Shown one piece after another: positions 24,952 through 34,044 of a stretch of DNA of 34,226 nt. Source of the stretch: a virus (taxonomy: Duplodnaviria > Caudoviricetes); the IMG/VR virus record IMGVR_UViG_3300008120_000416, positions 1-34,226 of that record. One strand, 5' to 3'. Below the pieces are notes generated by a model. The model did not search any database. It was not told the DNA's origin and saw only the letters and a program-made list of their open reading frames with translations. The position numbers and the translations under genes were made by a program. How positions within the stretch are numbered: the stretch's first letter is position 1; each line of letters opens with the position of its first letter.

Positions 24952-25730
24952 TGTTTAGAAGCCTACCTGCTTTTGGTGGTGACCAACGAGCCGTGGCAGA
25001 GGTTGTTCGTGGCATCATGGATGGCAAAACTAATAACACAGGGTCAATTACTCTGGCGACTGGTGGTGCTACATCTACCACTTTGGTAGACCGAAGGATA
25101 GGCCCAGAAAGCGTAATTCTGTTTGTCCCTGACTCTGCTGCTGCTTTTGCAGATGTAATGCCTTATGGGGCTTTTCAGAGTTTGGTTGACCAAGCAATTG
25201 CTACAGCGAATACTGCATACGCTATGACGCTAGACACCACAGACTACTCAAATGGGGTAACTCTGAGCAACAGTTCTAGGATGAATGTCAAAAACGCAGG
25301 TGTTTATAACTTCCAATGGTCTGGTCAGTTCAATAATACTGATAGCCAAATCCATGATGTGAGCGTTTGGTTGCGTAAGAATGGTACAGATGTAACTGGT
25401 TCTACAGGTGTTATCTCTGTTCCTAATTCTCATGGTGGAGTAGATGGTAGGTCAATTGTTGGCTGGAACTACTTTTTGGAGTTGGCTGCTAACGATTACA
25501 TTGAAATATGGTGGTCAGCTACTAACACTTCTATTTCCTTACAGCATTTACCTACCCAGACAAGCCCAACCAGACCCTCTACAGCGTCTTTGATTACTAC
25601 ATTGAACTTTGTCACTCCCAACGCTTTGACAAACATTTACACCAGTTCTCAGGGACAGGGTACGGCAACGATTACCCATTTTGCAAATTCAACGGCTAAT
25701 AAGACCTACAGATATGTAATTATTGGTTGA
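24951..25730 (+). CDS. Tail protein with C1q/BclA-like jelly-roll domain
   Basis: PYGAF...GVYNFQWSGQF...VWLRKNG...LAANDYIEIWW; TGATG coupling. Confidence 0.7.
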   Translation: MFRSLPAFGGDQRAVAEVVRGIMDGKTNNTGSITLATGGATSTTLVDRRIGPESVILFVPDSAAAFADVMPYGAFQSLVDQAIATANTAYAMTLDTTDYSNGVTLSNSSRMNVKNAGVYNFQWSGQFNNTDSQIHDVSVWLRKNGTDVTGSTGVISVPNSHGGVDGRSIVGWNYFLELAANDYIEIWWSATNTSISLQHLPTQTSPTRPSTASLITTLNFVTPNALTNIYTSSQGQGTATITHFANSTANKTYRYVIIG

Positions 25731-25800
25731 TTTTCATAATTTATGTATAATGGATTCTGTGGATGACCCATCTTGGAATCCGAACTTTTAGGAGTAAAAG
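25723..25800 (+). promoter_or_regulatory. Promoter and double-hairpin leader of ejection-protein operon
   Basis: TTGGTT-17 nt-TATAAT; GGATTC/GAATCC stem; CTTTTA-GGAG-TAAAAG hairpin. Confidence 0.7.
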
Positions 25801-26715
25801 ATGGCTACTACTACCACATCAACAGTTGCACCAGAAATAGCACCATATCTGACATATGGTCTGCAACAGGCATCGAATCTGTATCAGGGCGGTGGCCCAC
25901 AATACTACACAGGTGAAACCTTTGTAGCACCCTCCCAGACAACACAAGCAGGTCTTCAAGCCCTAGAAACTCGTGCGTTAGCTGGTAATCCTTTAACTGG
26001 TCTTGCTCAACAGCAATTGCAGGGTACTTTGGGTGGTGCTTACTTGGGTGGCAATCCATTCTTCCAAGGTGCATTTGCCCCTGCTGCTCAAGCTGCTCAA
26101 CAGCAGTTTCAAAGCACACTAGGCGACATTGGCTCTAAAGCAAGCCTTGCAGGGCGTTATGGCTCTGGTGCTATGGGTAACCTACAGAATCGTGCTGCTG
26201 GTCAATATGCACAAGCATTGACTAACACAGCAGGTCAGTTGGCTTACCAGAACTACGAGCAAGAACGAGCAAGACAACAGCAAGCTATCGGTGCTGCGCC
26301 TCAGTTGGCTGCTACTGATTACCAAGACATTCAGCAATTGTTGCAAGCTGGTCAGTTGCGTGAAGGCTATCAAGGTCAACAGTTGGGTGCTGACATTCAG
26401 CGTTTCAACTTCTTGCAAAACCAACCACAACAGAACTTGCAGAACTATATGTCATTGGTATATGGCAACCCATTAGGACGAGTAGGACAGACTACAGCGT
26501 CAGGTGCTGCTGACACTTCTACCTTGCAGAAGGTATTGGGTACTGCTGCTACTGGTGCTGCTGTTTACAAGAATCTAGGCTCACCTAACTTGGGCAGTTG
26601 GTTATCCAATTGGGGAACTCCTGATGCTTCTGCTATGAGCCAGATTGGTGCTGGTGGTGGTTTTGGAACTGGTGGTTACTATGGTAATCAAGACCTTGGC
26701 TTATTCATTGGTTAA
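25801..26715 (+). CDS. Probable ejection (DNA transfer) protein 1
   Basis: Gln/Ala/Gly-rich, AGRYGSG motif, position after tail genes. Confidence 0.75.
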   Translation: MATTTTSTVAPEIAPYLTYGLQQASNLYQGGGPQYYTGETFVAPSQTTQAGLQALETRALAGNPLTGLAQQQLQGTLGGAYLGGNPFFQGAFAPAAQAAQQQFQSTLGDIGSKASLAGRYGSGAMGNLQNRAAGQYAQALTNTAGQLAYQNYEQERARQQQAIGAAPQLAATDYQDIQQLLQAGQLREGYQGQQLGADIQRFNFLQNQPQQNLQNYMSLVYGNPLGRVGQTTASGAADTSTLQKVLGTAATGAAVYKNLGSPNLGSWLSNWGTPDASAMSQIGAGGGFGTGGYYGNQDLGLFIG

Positions 26716-26723
26716 GGATTGAC

Positions 26724-27950
26724 ATGGCTGGACTATTAGACATTTTTGGTACTAGCGGTGCAGACACAATGGGTCTGTTGGGTATGTCACAAGCTGACAT
26801 TGCTCGTAATCGTGAAGACGCACAAGCACAAGCCTTGTATGCCCTAGCAGGACGCTTGTTCCAAGGTGGCAACACAGGTCAATCTATCGTTGAGGGATTG
26901 CAACAAGGTCAGAAAGCATATCGTGGTGGTATGCAAGAAACCTTGCAAAACCAATTGCAGAATGTCCAATTGCAAGACATGATTCGTAAGCGTCAGCAAG
27001 AGCAACAAGCATTAGCTGAACAAAAGCGTATTCAAGGCGTTATTCAAGGTGCTGTCACCAAGCCACAAGAGATTTATGGCGAAGACATGATGGGTCAGCA
27101 AGTAGGCGAAGGCATGACTGCTGGTGGCTTTGATTTGCAACGAGCCGTTCCTCAGTTGATGAGTTCTGAAGCAGGACGAAAAGCCTTGAGCGAGTTGATT
27201 GCTTCTCAGAAAGCAATGGCTGGTGAAACTACTACATTGGCTGAAGGCGCAAAACTCATTCGTGTTAATCCTATTTCTGGAAAAGTTGAAACTGTTGCTC
27301 AAGGCGCACCAAAAGAAAACCTAACATCTACTTATAAAGACTTTCAACAAGCTGTAAAAGAAGGTTACCAAGGTAACTTCATGCAGTATCAGAAAGATTT
27401 GAAAAATGCTGGCGCACCTAAATTTGCTATTGATTTAAAAGACCCAACAGCAGTAGCTAAAGCCCAATTGGAAACAATGAACAAATGGGAAGCCTATTTA
27501 AAGAACTCTGGTGATGATGTTGTTTCAAATCGTCTTGGTGCTTTTAATGATGCTTACAAGCAAGCTAAAAAAGGCAATACAAGTGGCGATGGTGCGATGC
27601 TATATAACATTGCAAAGATTTATGACTCGTCTGGTGCTGTTCAAGCAAACGACATAAATGCCATTATTGGTAGTCGTTCAATTCCAACACAAATTACATT
27701 GTTGGCACAAAAGTTTAAAGCTGGTGGAACATTTACACCAGAAGAACGAGAGAATCTGAAAAAGATTGCTACTGGTGTTGCAACTGAAAGACAAAAACAA
27801 TTGCTTCCATCTTTAAATGCTTACAAAGATATAAACGCTACTTTGCAAGGAAAAGAAACCGCAATTGTTAATCCTTATGAGCGTGTTCTGCAAGAGTCTA
27901 AAAGCGTAGAAGAAATTTTAGGCTTTAGTCGCCCAAGAGGAGGTCGATAA
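26724..27950 (+). CDS. Probable ejection protein 2
   Basis: Helical, Gln-rich, begins MAGLLD. Confidence 0.72.
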   Translation: MAGLLDIFGTSGADTMGLLGMSQADIARNREDAQAQALYALAGRLFQGGNTGQSIVEGLQQGQKAYRGGMQETLQNQLQNVQLQDMIRKRQQEQQALAEQKRIQGVIQGAVTKPQEIYGEDMMGQQVGEGMTAGGFDLQRAVPQLMSSEAGRKALSELIASQKAMAGETTTLAEGAKLIRVNPISGKVETVAQGAPKENLTSTYKDFQQAVKEGYQGNFMQYQKDLKNAGAPKFAIDLKDPTAVAKAQLETMNKWEAYLKNSGDDVVSNRLGAFNDAYKQAKKGNTSGDGAMLYNIAKIYDSSGAVQANDINAIIGSRSIPTQITLLAQKFKAGGTFTPEERENLKKIATGVATERQKQLLPSLNAYKDINATLQGKETAIVNPYERVLQESKSVEEILGFSRPRGGR

Positions 27951-27951
27951 A

Positions 27952-29946
27952 ATGGATGAGAATCAACGAATCCAAGAAGCAATAGACGCAGGTTTTACTA
28001 TTCCAGAAATTCGTGCAGCATATTTGGCTAATGGAAAAGAACTTCCAACATCTTTGCAAATTTCAAAAGAAGAAACTGCTGGAAAAGAGTTATCAAAAGG
28101 TACTCGTCTTGGAATGACTGCCCTGCAAGGGCCTACCCTTGGCTTTGCTGACGAACTAGCAGGTCTTGTAGGTGGTGGTGCTGCTTTGGTTCGTGGAGAA
28201 TCTCCATCTAAAGGCTATCAACAAGCACGAGACATTTATCGTTCTGGTGTTGAAAGCTATAAAGAAGAACAACCTATTGGTGCTGCTGTATCTCAGGGTG
28301 TTGCATCTTTGCCATTGGGTATGTTGAACATTGGAAGAAACATTGCCACGAATGTTGGCCCTGTCCTGCGTTCTGCTGCATCTGGTTTAGGCTTTGGCAT
28401 TGTTGGTGGTGCTGGTGAGGCTAAAGAGATTGAGGATGTTCCAGTAGAAGCTGCTAAAACAGGTGCTACAAGTGCTGTTCTTGGTGCTGGTACTGAACTA
28501 GGCATGAAGGCTGTTCGTCCTGTTAAACAAGCTATTTCAAGTCAAGCACAGCGTATAGTCCCAGAGTCAGTTCGTGATTACTTTGGTACATCATCTGTTG
28601 ACTTGGCTCGTAGGCGTGTGGCGCAAGCAATGTTGCGTGATGGTGCTACGACAGACCAAGTTGCTGCTCGTATGGCAAAGCTAGGTGATGATGCTATTTT
28701 GGCTGAATCATCTGGGTATAACACTCGTGATTTGTTGGATACGATGGCTACGTTGCCAGGCCGTACCAAGAACTACACAGAGCAATTCATTCGTAATCGT
28801 CAATCACAGCTTGGCAAAAGAATCTCAGAAGAAGCACAAACCCAGTTGTCACCTACTGGCGCACGATTGGCTGACTCTGTTGAATCATTGATGACAAAGC
28901 GTGATGTAGAAGCTACTCCTTTGTATGAACAGCTAAAGACTGTCAGCGTTACTCTTGATGATGACTTGAAGCAGATTCTTGATGCGTCTAAAAAGCTAGG
29001 TGCATTTGCTCGTGCTGAAAAGATTTCTACTGCTTTGCAAGAGCCTTTCTCATTGAAAGATGTAAAGAAGGCTACTGACGCTTCAATGCCTGACTTGGAT
29101 AAGATTAAGCGTGGTCTTGATGACCTTATCAATAGCAAGTCTGCTTTGAATGAGCGTGGCGACTTTAATGAATTTGGGCGTGCTGTTATTCAACTAAAGC
29201 AAAATCTTGTCAAGCGTCTTGATGACATGACAGCAGACCAAGAGACTGGTAAATCTCTATATAAAAGCGCACGAGATGCGTATGCAGGCCCAAGCGCATT
29301 GATTAGTGCTGCCGAACTTGGACGCACAGTAATCAACAAACCAGCAGCTACTATTCGCACTCTTGTCAAAGACATGAGCGACTCAGAGTTGGAATCATTC
29401 CGAGTTGGTGCTTATGAGGGATTGCGTGATTTGGCTGGTACACAAACAGGTCAAACTCGTTTGCTCAATATGTGGAGAGAGCCAGCTACACAAGAGCGTT
29501 TGAAAGAGATTTTCCCAAGTGAGCGTTCATTCAGAGAGTTTGCTTCTACAGTAGCAGCAGAGGCTCGTAAGAAAGAGATTCAATCTGTTGGCAGAGGTTC
29601 TGGTACTGCTGGGCGTGAGGCTCGCATGGAGGACGTAAACCTTGAGAATCTCAAAGACACAGTAAATGTTGCTGCTGCTGCAAAGACAATGGACATTGGT
29701 TCTTTGGTCAATATGTTGTCAAATAACATGACAAGAACTGGAGTTCCAGAGCCTGTTCGTAATGAGATTGGTAGAATCTTGATGAGCAGAGCAACAAGTG
29801 GTGATGAGATTCGTATGTTGCGTAATGCAATGGAAAAAATGAAGCGAGAGCAACAAGTTCAATCATCAACTAGCGGTCTTATTGGTTCACAATTAACACC
29901 AGTAGCAGAGCCGTTTACAGCAGCATTGCGTTCACTTCTTCAGTAA
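27952..29946 (+). CDS. Probable ejection protein 3
   Basis: QGPTLGFADELAG, Gly/Ala-rich membrane-like segments, long helical body. Confidence 0.75.
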   Translation: MDENQRIQEAIDAGFTIPEIRAAYLANGKELPTSLQISKEETAGKELSKGTRLGMTALQGPTLGFADELAGLVGGGAALVRGESPSKGYQQARDIYRSGVESYKEEQPIGAAVSQGVASLPLGMLNIGRNIATNVGPVLRSAASGLGFGIVGGAGEAKEIEDVPVEAAKTGATSAVLGAGTELGMKAVRPVKQAISSQAQRIVPESVRDYFGTSSVDLARRRVAQAMLRDGATTDQVAARMAKLGDDAILAESSGYNTRDLLDTMATLPGRTKNYTEQFIRNRQSQLGKRISEEAQTQLSPTGARLADSVESLMTKRDVEATPLYEQLKTVSVTLDDDLKQILDASKKLGAFARAEKISTALQEPFSLKDVKKATDASMPDLDKIKRGLDDLINSKSALNERGDFNEFGRAVIQLKQNLVKRLDDMTADQETGKSLYKSARDAYAGPSALISAAELGRTVINKPAATIRTLVKDMSDSELESFRVGAYEGLRDLAGTQTGQTRLLNMWREPATQERLKEIFPSERSFREFASTVAAEARKKEIQSVGRGSGTAGREARMEDVNLENLKDTVNVAAAAKTMDIGSLVNMLSNNMTRTGVPEPVRNEIGRILMSRATSGDEIRMLRNAMEKMKREQQVQSSTSGLIGSQLTPVAEPFTAALRSLLQ

Positions 29947-29954
29947 GGACTAAC

Positions 29955-30599
29955 ATGGCAAAGACGAAAATCTCGGAGTGGAGTGCAACTCCATCAAACA
30001 ACACAGACATTGATGGTATCAATATCGCAGAGGGCTGTGCGCCATCTGGTATTAACGATGCTATTCGTGAGATGATGAGCCAGATTAAAGACTGGCAAGC
30101 AGGTACATCTGGCGACTACACAGCAGTTTCTGCTGGTGGTACAGGTGTAGGCACTCTGACAGGCATTGTTAAAGGTAATGGTACTTCAGCGTTTAGTGCT
30201 GCTACAGCAGGGACTGATTACACAAGTCCTACTAGCACAGAGACGATGACTAACAAGACTCTGACAAACCCAACAGTAACAAACTATGTAGAGACTCCTT
30301 ACTCTGCAACACCTACATCTACCATTACATTGGCTCTGACTAATGGAACTGTGCAGATTATTACATTGGGTGGTAATGTGACTATTACTATGCCAACAGC
30401 AACAAGTGGTAAGTCTTTCATCATGTATTTGAAGCAAGATGGTACAGGCTCACGCACAGTTACTTGGTCAACAGTTAAATGGGCTGGTGGTACTGCACCG
30501 ACAATTACATCTACTGCAAGCAGACAAGACATTCTCAGTTTCTTTGCTGATGGCACAAACTGGTATGGTGTCGTTGTTGGTCAGAACTACACACCATAA
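29955..30599 (+). CDS. Tail fibre (proximal / adaptor)
   Basis: INIAEGCAPSGINDAIREMM N-terminus, TNKTLTNP, QDGTGSRTVTW...DGTNWYG. Confidence 0.82.
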   Translation: MAKTKISEWSATPSNNTDIDGINIAEGCAPSGINDAIREMMSQIKDWQAGTSGDYTAVSAGGTGVGTLTGIVKGNGTSAFSAATAGTDYTSPTSTETMTNKTLTNPTVTNYVETPYSATPTSTITLALTNGTVQIITLGGNVTITMPTATSGKSFIMYLKQDGTGSRTVTWSTVKWAGGTAPTITSTASRQDILSFFADGTNWYGVVVGQNYTP

Positions 30600-30609
30600 G
30601 GACTGATAA

Positions 30610-32976
30610 ATGTTTGCAGCATCTAAAACAGCCTCAGTCTCTGGTGGCTATCAAATCTCACGCAGTTTGCGCTTTAACAGCGCAGATTCTGCTTATCTGA
30701 ATCGTACCCCTGCAAGTGCAGGTAATCGCAAAACCTACACAATTTCTGTTTGGTGTAAAAGAGCAAGTACTGAAGGCACAGGGACAATACTTAACGCAAG
30801 GTCTGGTTCTCCTTGGGCGGGGTTGTTCTTTTCTACTGGCGATGGAGTTGGAAATAATCCAAGTTTGCAATTTACTGTTACTGCGGGTACTGCGCCAGGT
30901 GTTTATACCAACGCTGTATTTCGTGATGTGTCTGCTTGGTATCACATTGTTGTTGCTGTTGACACTACACAAGCAACTGACTCTAATCGAGTAAAAATTT
31001 ATATCAATAGTGTGTTGCAACAATTAACTAGCGGTAATTACCCTACGCTAAATCAAGATACGCAAATAAACAGCACTATTGCACATGAAATAGGAAACCC
31101 ATCAGCATATTCAAATGATAGTAATTTTTATCTTACTGAATATAACTTCATCGATGGTCAAGCCCTAACCCCATCATCATTCGGTGAAACAAACGCACAA
31201 ACAGGCGTATGGCAACCTAAAGCCTACTCAGGCTCATACGGCACTAACGGCTTCTATCTGAACTTCTCAGACAACAGCAGGACACCTAATAACTTCAGCG
31301 TGACTGCTGGTGCGGGTAATGACTCTCTTGTTGATTCACCAACATCGTATGGAACTGATACTGGTGTTGGTGGAACTGTGCGTGGGAATTACTGCACATT
31401 GAATCCTTTGGTTCAGCGTTGGGATGTATACACGGCTTCAATCACAAATGGCAATTTAGATACCGCTGATACTGTAGGCGATGCAAACAACCCTTATGTC
31501 TTTGGCACAACTTTAGTAAGTTCAGGTAAGTTTTATTGGGAAATAACTGTTACTGCCATCGGTACTTCTGCGGCTAGTTTTTTCATTGGAGTTGACAGCG
31601 GAAAAACTCAAAACGGCGCTACCTTTACCGATTGGGTGAGTTATTCTGGTAACGGAAGCAAATACGTTGGTAGCACTTCATCCTCGGCATATGGGGCAAC
31701 ATACACAACAGGGGATGTGATTGGTGTTGCGCTAGACAAGGATGCTGGAACAGTTACCTTCTACAAAAACAACACATCTCAAGGCGCAATCAGTCTACCT
31801 ACAAACGTGCCAATGGTGGCTTGGCTCTCACCGGGAGCCAATTCAGGCTCTGCCACAGCCAACTTCGGTCAACGCCCATTTGCCTACACAGCCCCATCAG
31901 GCTTCAAAGCCCTTTGCACACAGAACTTGCCTACGCCTACCATTGGGGCAACTACGGCTACGCAAGCGGGTAAGTTCTTTAATCCTGTTTTGTACACGGG
32001 TACAGGCGCAACAAACAGTATCACAGGCGTAGGGTTTCAACCTGATTGGGTTTGGATTAAAGCTAGAAGCGTGGGCTATTCACATCGTCTTGCTGACTCA
32101 GTACGAGGCGCAGGAAAAGAACTGTTTTCAAATGAAACTGTTGCAGAAGCAACAAATAGCGCAAACGGCTATGTATCATCATTTAACTCTGATGGCTTTT
32201 CTTTAACTTCTGGCGTTGGCGTTAATGGAAGCGGTACTACATTTGTCGCATGGAACTGGAAAGCTAATGGTGCGGGTTCAACCAACACAGCAGGAACTAT
32301 TACTTCAACAGTAAGCGCAAACACTACGAGTGGGTTTAGTGTGGTGACTTATACAGGCACTTCTGTTGCTGGGACAGTTGGACATGGCTTGGGTGTTGCC
32401 CCATCAATGGTAATTGTTAAGTCAAGAAACAATGTAGTTGATTGGGTTGTTTATCACGCATCACTTGGAGTGAATTACAGTATTGCTTTAAATTCAACTG
32501 GTGGTGCAACAAATACCACAAGTTATTGGAATTCTTCTGCGCCAACATCAACCACATTTGGTGTCAATGTTTATGGTGGAAACAATGCAAGCGGTTATAC
32601 CTATGTCGCTTATTGCTTTGCTGAAATATCAGGCTACAGTAAATCGTTTTCTTATACTGGCAACAGCTCTGCTGACGGGCCTTTTGTGTACACAGGCTTC
32701 AAACCCGCTTATGTAATTATTAAATGTTCAAACACTAATGGTTATAACTGGATTGTTTTTGATAACAAACGCTCTGGTTTTAATGTAAACAATGACCAAC
32801 TGTATCCAAACACATCTGGAGCAGAAGATGCGGGTGGAAGTGGCGCACAGTTTATTGATTTGCTTTCAAATGGTTTTAAATTAAGAAATACAGCCGCAGA
32901 TAAAAACGCAATTGGTGGTACATATATTGGAATGGCGTTTGCAGAAGCGCCCCAAAAATTTAGTTTGGCCCGTTAA
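30610..32976 (+). CDS. Receptor-binding protein with ConA-like/LamG and SPRY-like domains
   Basis: SLRFN, WYHIVVAVDT, GKFYWEI, GDVIGVALD, GFQPDWVWIK. Confidence 0.85.
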   Translation: MFAASKTASVSGGYQISRSLRFNSADSAYLNRTPASAGNRKTYTISVWCKRASTEGTGTILNARSGSPWAGLFFSTGDGVGNNPSLQFTVTAGTAPGVYTNAVFRDVSAWYHIVVAVDTTQATDSNRVKIYINSVLQQLTSGNYPTLNQDTQINSTIAHEIGNPSAYSNDSNFYLTEYNFIDGQALTPSSFGETNAQTGVWQPKAYSGSYGTNGFYLNFSDNSRTPNNFSVTAGAGNDSLVDSPTSYGTDTGVGGTVRGNYCTLNPLVQRWDVYTASITNGNLDTADTVGDANNPYVFGTTLVSSGKFYWEITVTAIGTSAASFFIGVDSGKTQNGATFTDWVSYSGNGSKYVGSTSSSAYGATYTTGDVIGVALDKDAGTVTFYKNNTSQGAISLPTNVPMVAWLSPGANSGSATANFGQRPFAYTAPSGFKALCTQNLPTPTIGATTATQAGKFFNPVLYTGTGATNSITGVGFQPDWVWIKARSVGYSHRLADSVRGAGKELFSNETVAEATNSANGYVSSFNSDGFSLTSGVGVNGSGTTFVAWNWKANGAGSTNTAGTITSTVSANTTSGFSVVTYTGTSVAGTVGHGLGVAPSMVIVKSRNNVVDWVVYHASLGVNYSIALNSTGGATNTTSYWNSSAPTSTTFGVNVYGGNNASGYTYVAYCFAEISGYSKSFSYTGNSSADGPFVYTGFKPAYVIIKCSNTNGYNWIVFDNKRSGFNVNNDQLYPNTSGAEDAGGSGAQFIDLLSNGFKLRNTAADKNAIGGTYIGMAFAEAPQKFSLAR

Positions 32977-32977
32977 T

Positions 32978-33502
32978 ATGCCCGCATTTATTGACCTTAC
33001 AGGAAACAAATACAACAGGCTAACTGTTGTATCTCGTGCGCCATCCGTAAACAAACATACGTTTTGGAACTGCGTATGCGACTGCGGTAATAACTTTGTT
33101 GTTCAGGCAACATATTTAAAAGGCGGCCAATCAAAGTCATGCGGTTGTTTGCAAAAAGAACAAGCAAGAGCAAGATTGTTTAAACATGGTCGTTCTAGCA
33201 AATCAAGCCCAAAAGTTCAGCAATACACAAGAGAATTGCACATCAAGCGCAGATATGGTTTGTCGCTTGAAAGATACAATGAAATGTTTGACGAACAAAA
33301 CGGTTTATGTGCTATCTGTGGATATAAGTTTGGTCAGAAGCCAAGTGACTGCTATGTTGACCATTGCCATGCAACCAAGATTGTCCGTGGCTTGCTTTGC
33401 CAAAACTGTAACTCTGCCATTGGTTATGCAAAAGATGACCCAGAGGTTCTTGTTAAAGCATCTCAGTATGTGGCAAACTTTAAATTCTCCCTTGCACGAT
33501 AG
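32978..33502 (+). CDS. Free-standing endonuclease VII-type (HNH) homing endonuclease
   Basis: IDLTGNKYNRLTV...WNCVCDCGN...SCGC N-domain; YGLS...QNGLCAICG...VDHCH...VRGLLCQNCNSAIG. Confidence 0.9.
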   Translation: MPAFIDLTGNKYNRLTVVSRAPSVNKHTFWNCVCDCGNNFVVQATYLKGGQSKSCGCLQKEQARARLFKHGRSSKSSPKVQQYTRELHIKRRYGLSLERYNEMFDEQNGLCAICGYKFGQKPSDCYVDHCHATKIVRGLLCQNCNSAIGYAKDDPEVLVKASQYVANFKFSLAR

Positions 33503-33510
33503 GACTCAAT

Positions 33511-34044
33511 ATGTACGCACTCATTGAAAACAACGAAATCACCCAAGTTGGTGAACTATCAATTCTTTTTCCAAACACATCAAACCCTACTCACGCATTT
33601 GCTATTGAGCAAGGTGCTTTAGAAGTGGTTGAAGGTGAGCAAAAAGACCAACGCTTCTATTGGGTGGCATTTGACAGCTACCAAGTTGGCAATGGCGTAG
33701 TTACTCGCACTTATGTCAACACGCCAAAGGCTTTGGAAGATGTGGCTCAGCTTCCCGAAGGAAGCGTTGAAACGCCTGAAGGTCAGACTGAGCCAGTAAC
33801 AACTAAGGGCTTAAAGTCAACTTGGATTGCTCAAATCAAGGCATCTGCTAACTCACAACTGGCATCGACTGACTGGATGGTCATTCGTAAGGCAGAACGT
33901 GATGTAGCTATCCCTGCTGATGTAATTGCTGAACGAGCAGCCATCATTGCTGACTGCACAGCCAAAGAAGCAGCTATTACAGCTTGCACAACTATGGAAG
34001 CCTTTATTGCAGTAGTTGCACCTGTGACTACTCTTGAGCCATGA
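33511..34044 (+). CDS. Tail fibre assembly / chaperone-like protein
   Basis: ANSQLASTDWMVIRKAE motif; follows the receptor-binding protein. Confidence 0.72.
   Translation: MYALIENNEITQVGELSILFPNTSNPTHAFAIEQGALEVVEGEQKDQRFYWVAFDSYQVGNGVVTRTYVNTPKALEDVAQLPEGSVETPEGQTEPVTTKGLKSTWIAQIKASANSQLASTDWMVIRKAERDVAIPADVIAERAAIIADCTAKEAAITACTTMEAFIAVVAPVTTLEP
33978..34044 (+). repeat. Imperfect direct repeat of 1-67
   Basis: 4 mismatches in 67 nt. Confidence 0.95.

Noticed and set aside
16092-32716. Many short antisense and alternate-frame ORFs in the structural region
   Set aside because: They shadow long, well-supported plus-strand genes and lack RBSs or motifs.
32912-32977. Longer N-terminus for the endonuclease given in the ORF track
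   Set aside because: It overlaps the receptor-binding gene; the recognisable domain begins at ATG 32978, one base after the upstream stop.
30610-33502. Diversity-generating retroelement or invertible tail-fibre system
   Set aside because: No reverse transcriptase or invertase. The KFSLAR duplication is only 21 nt and its differences are not adenine-specific.
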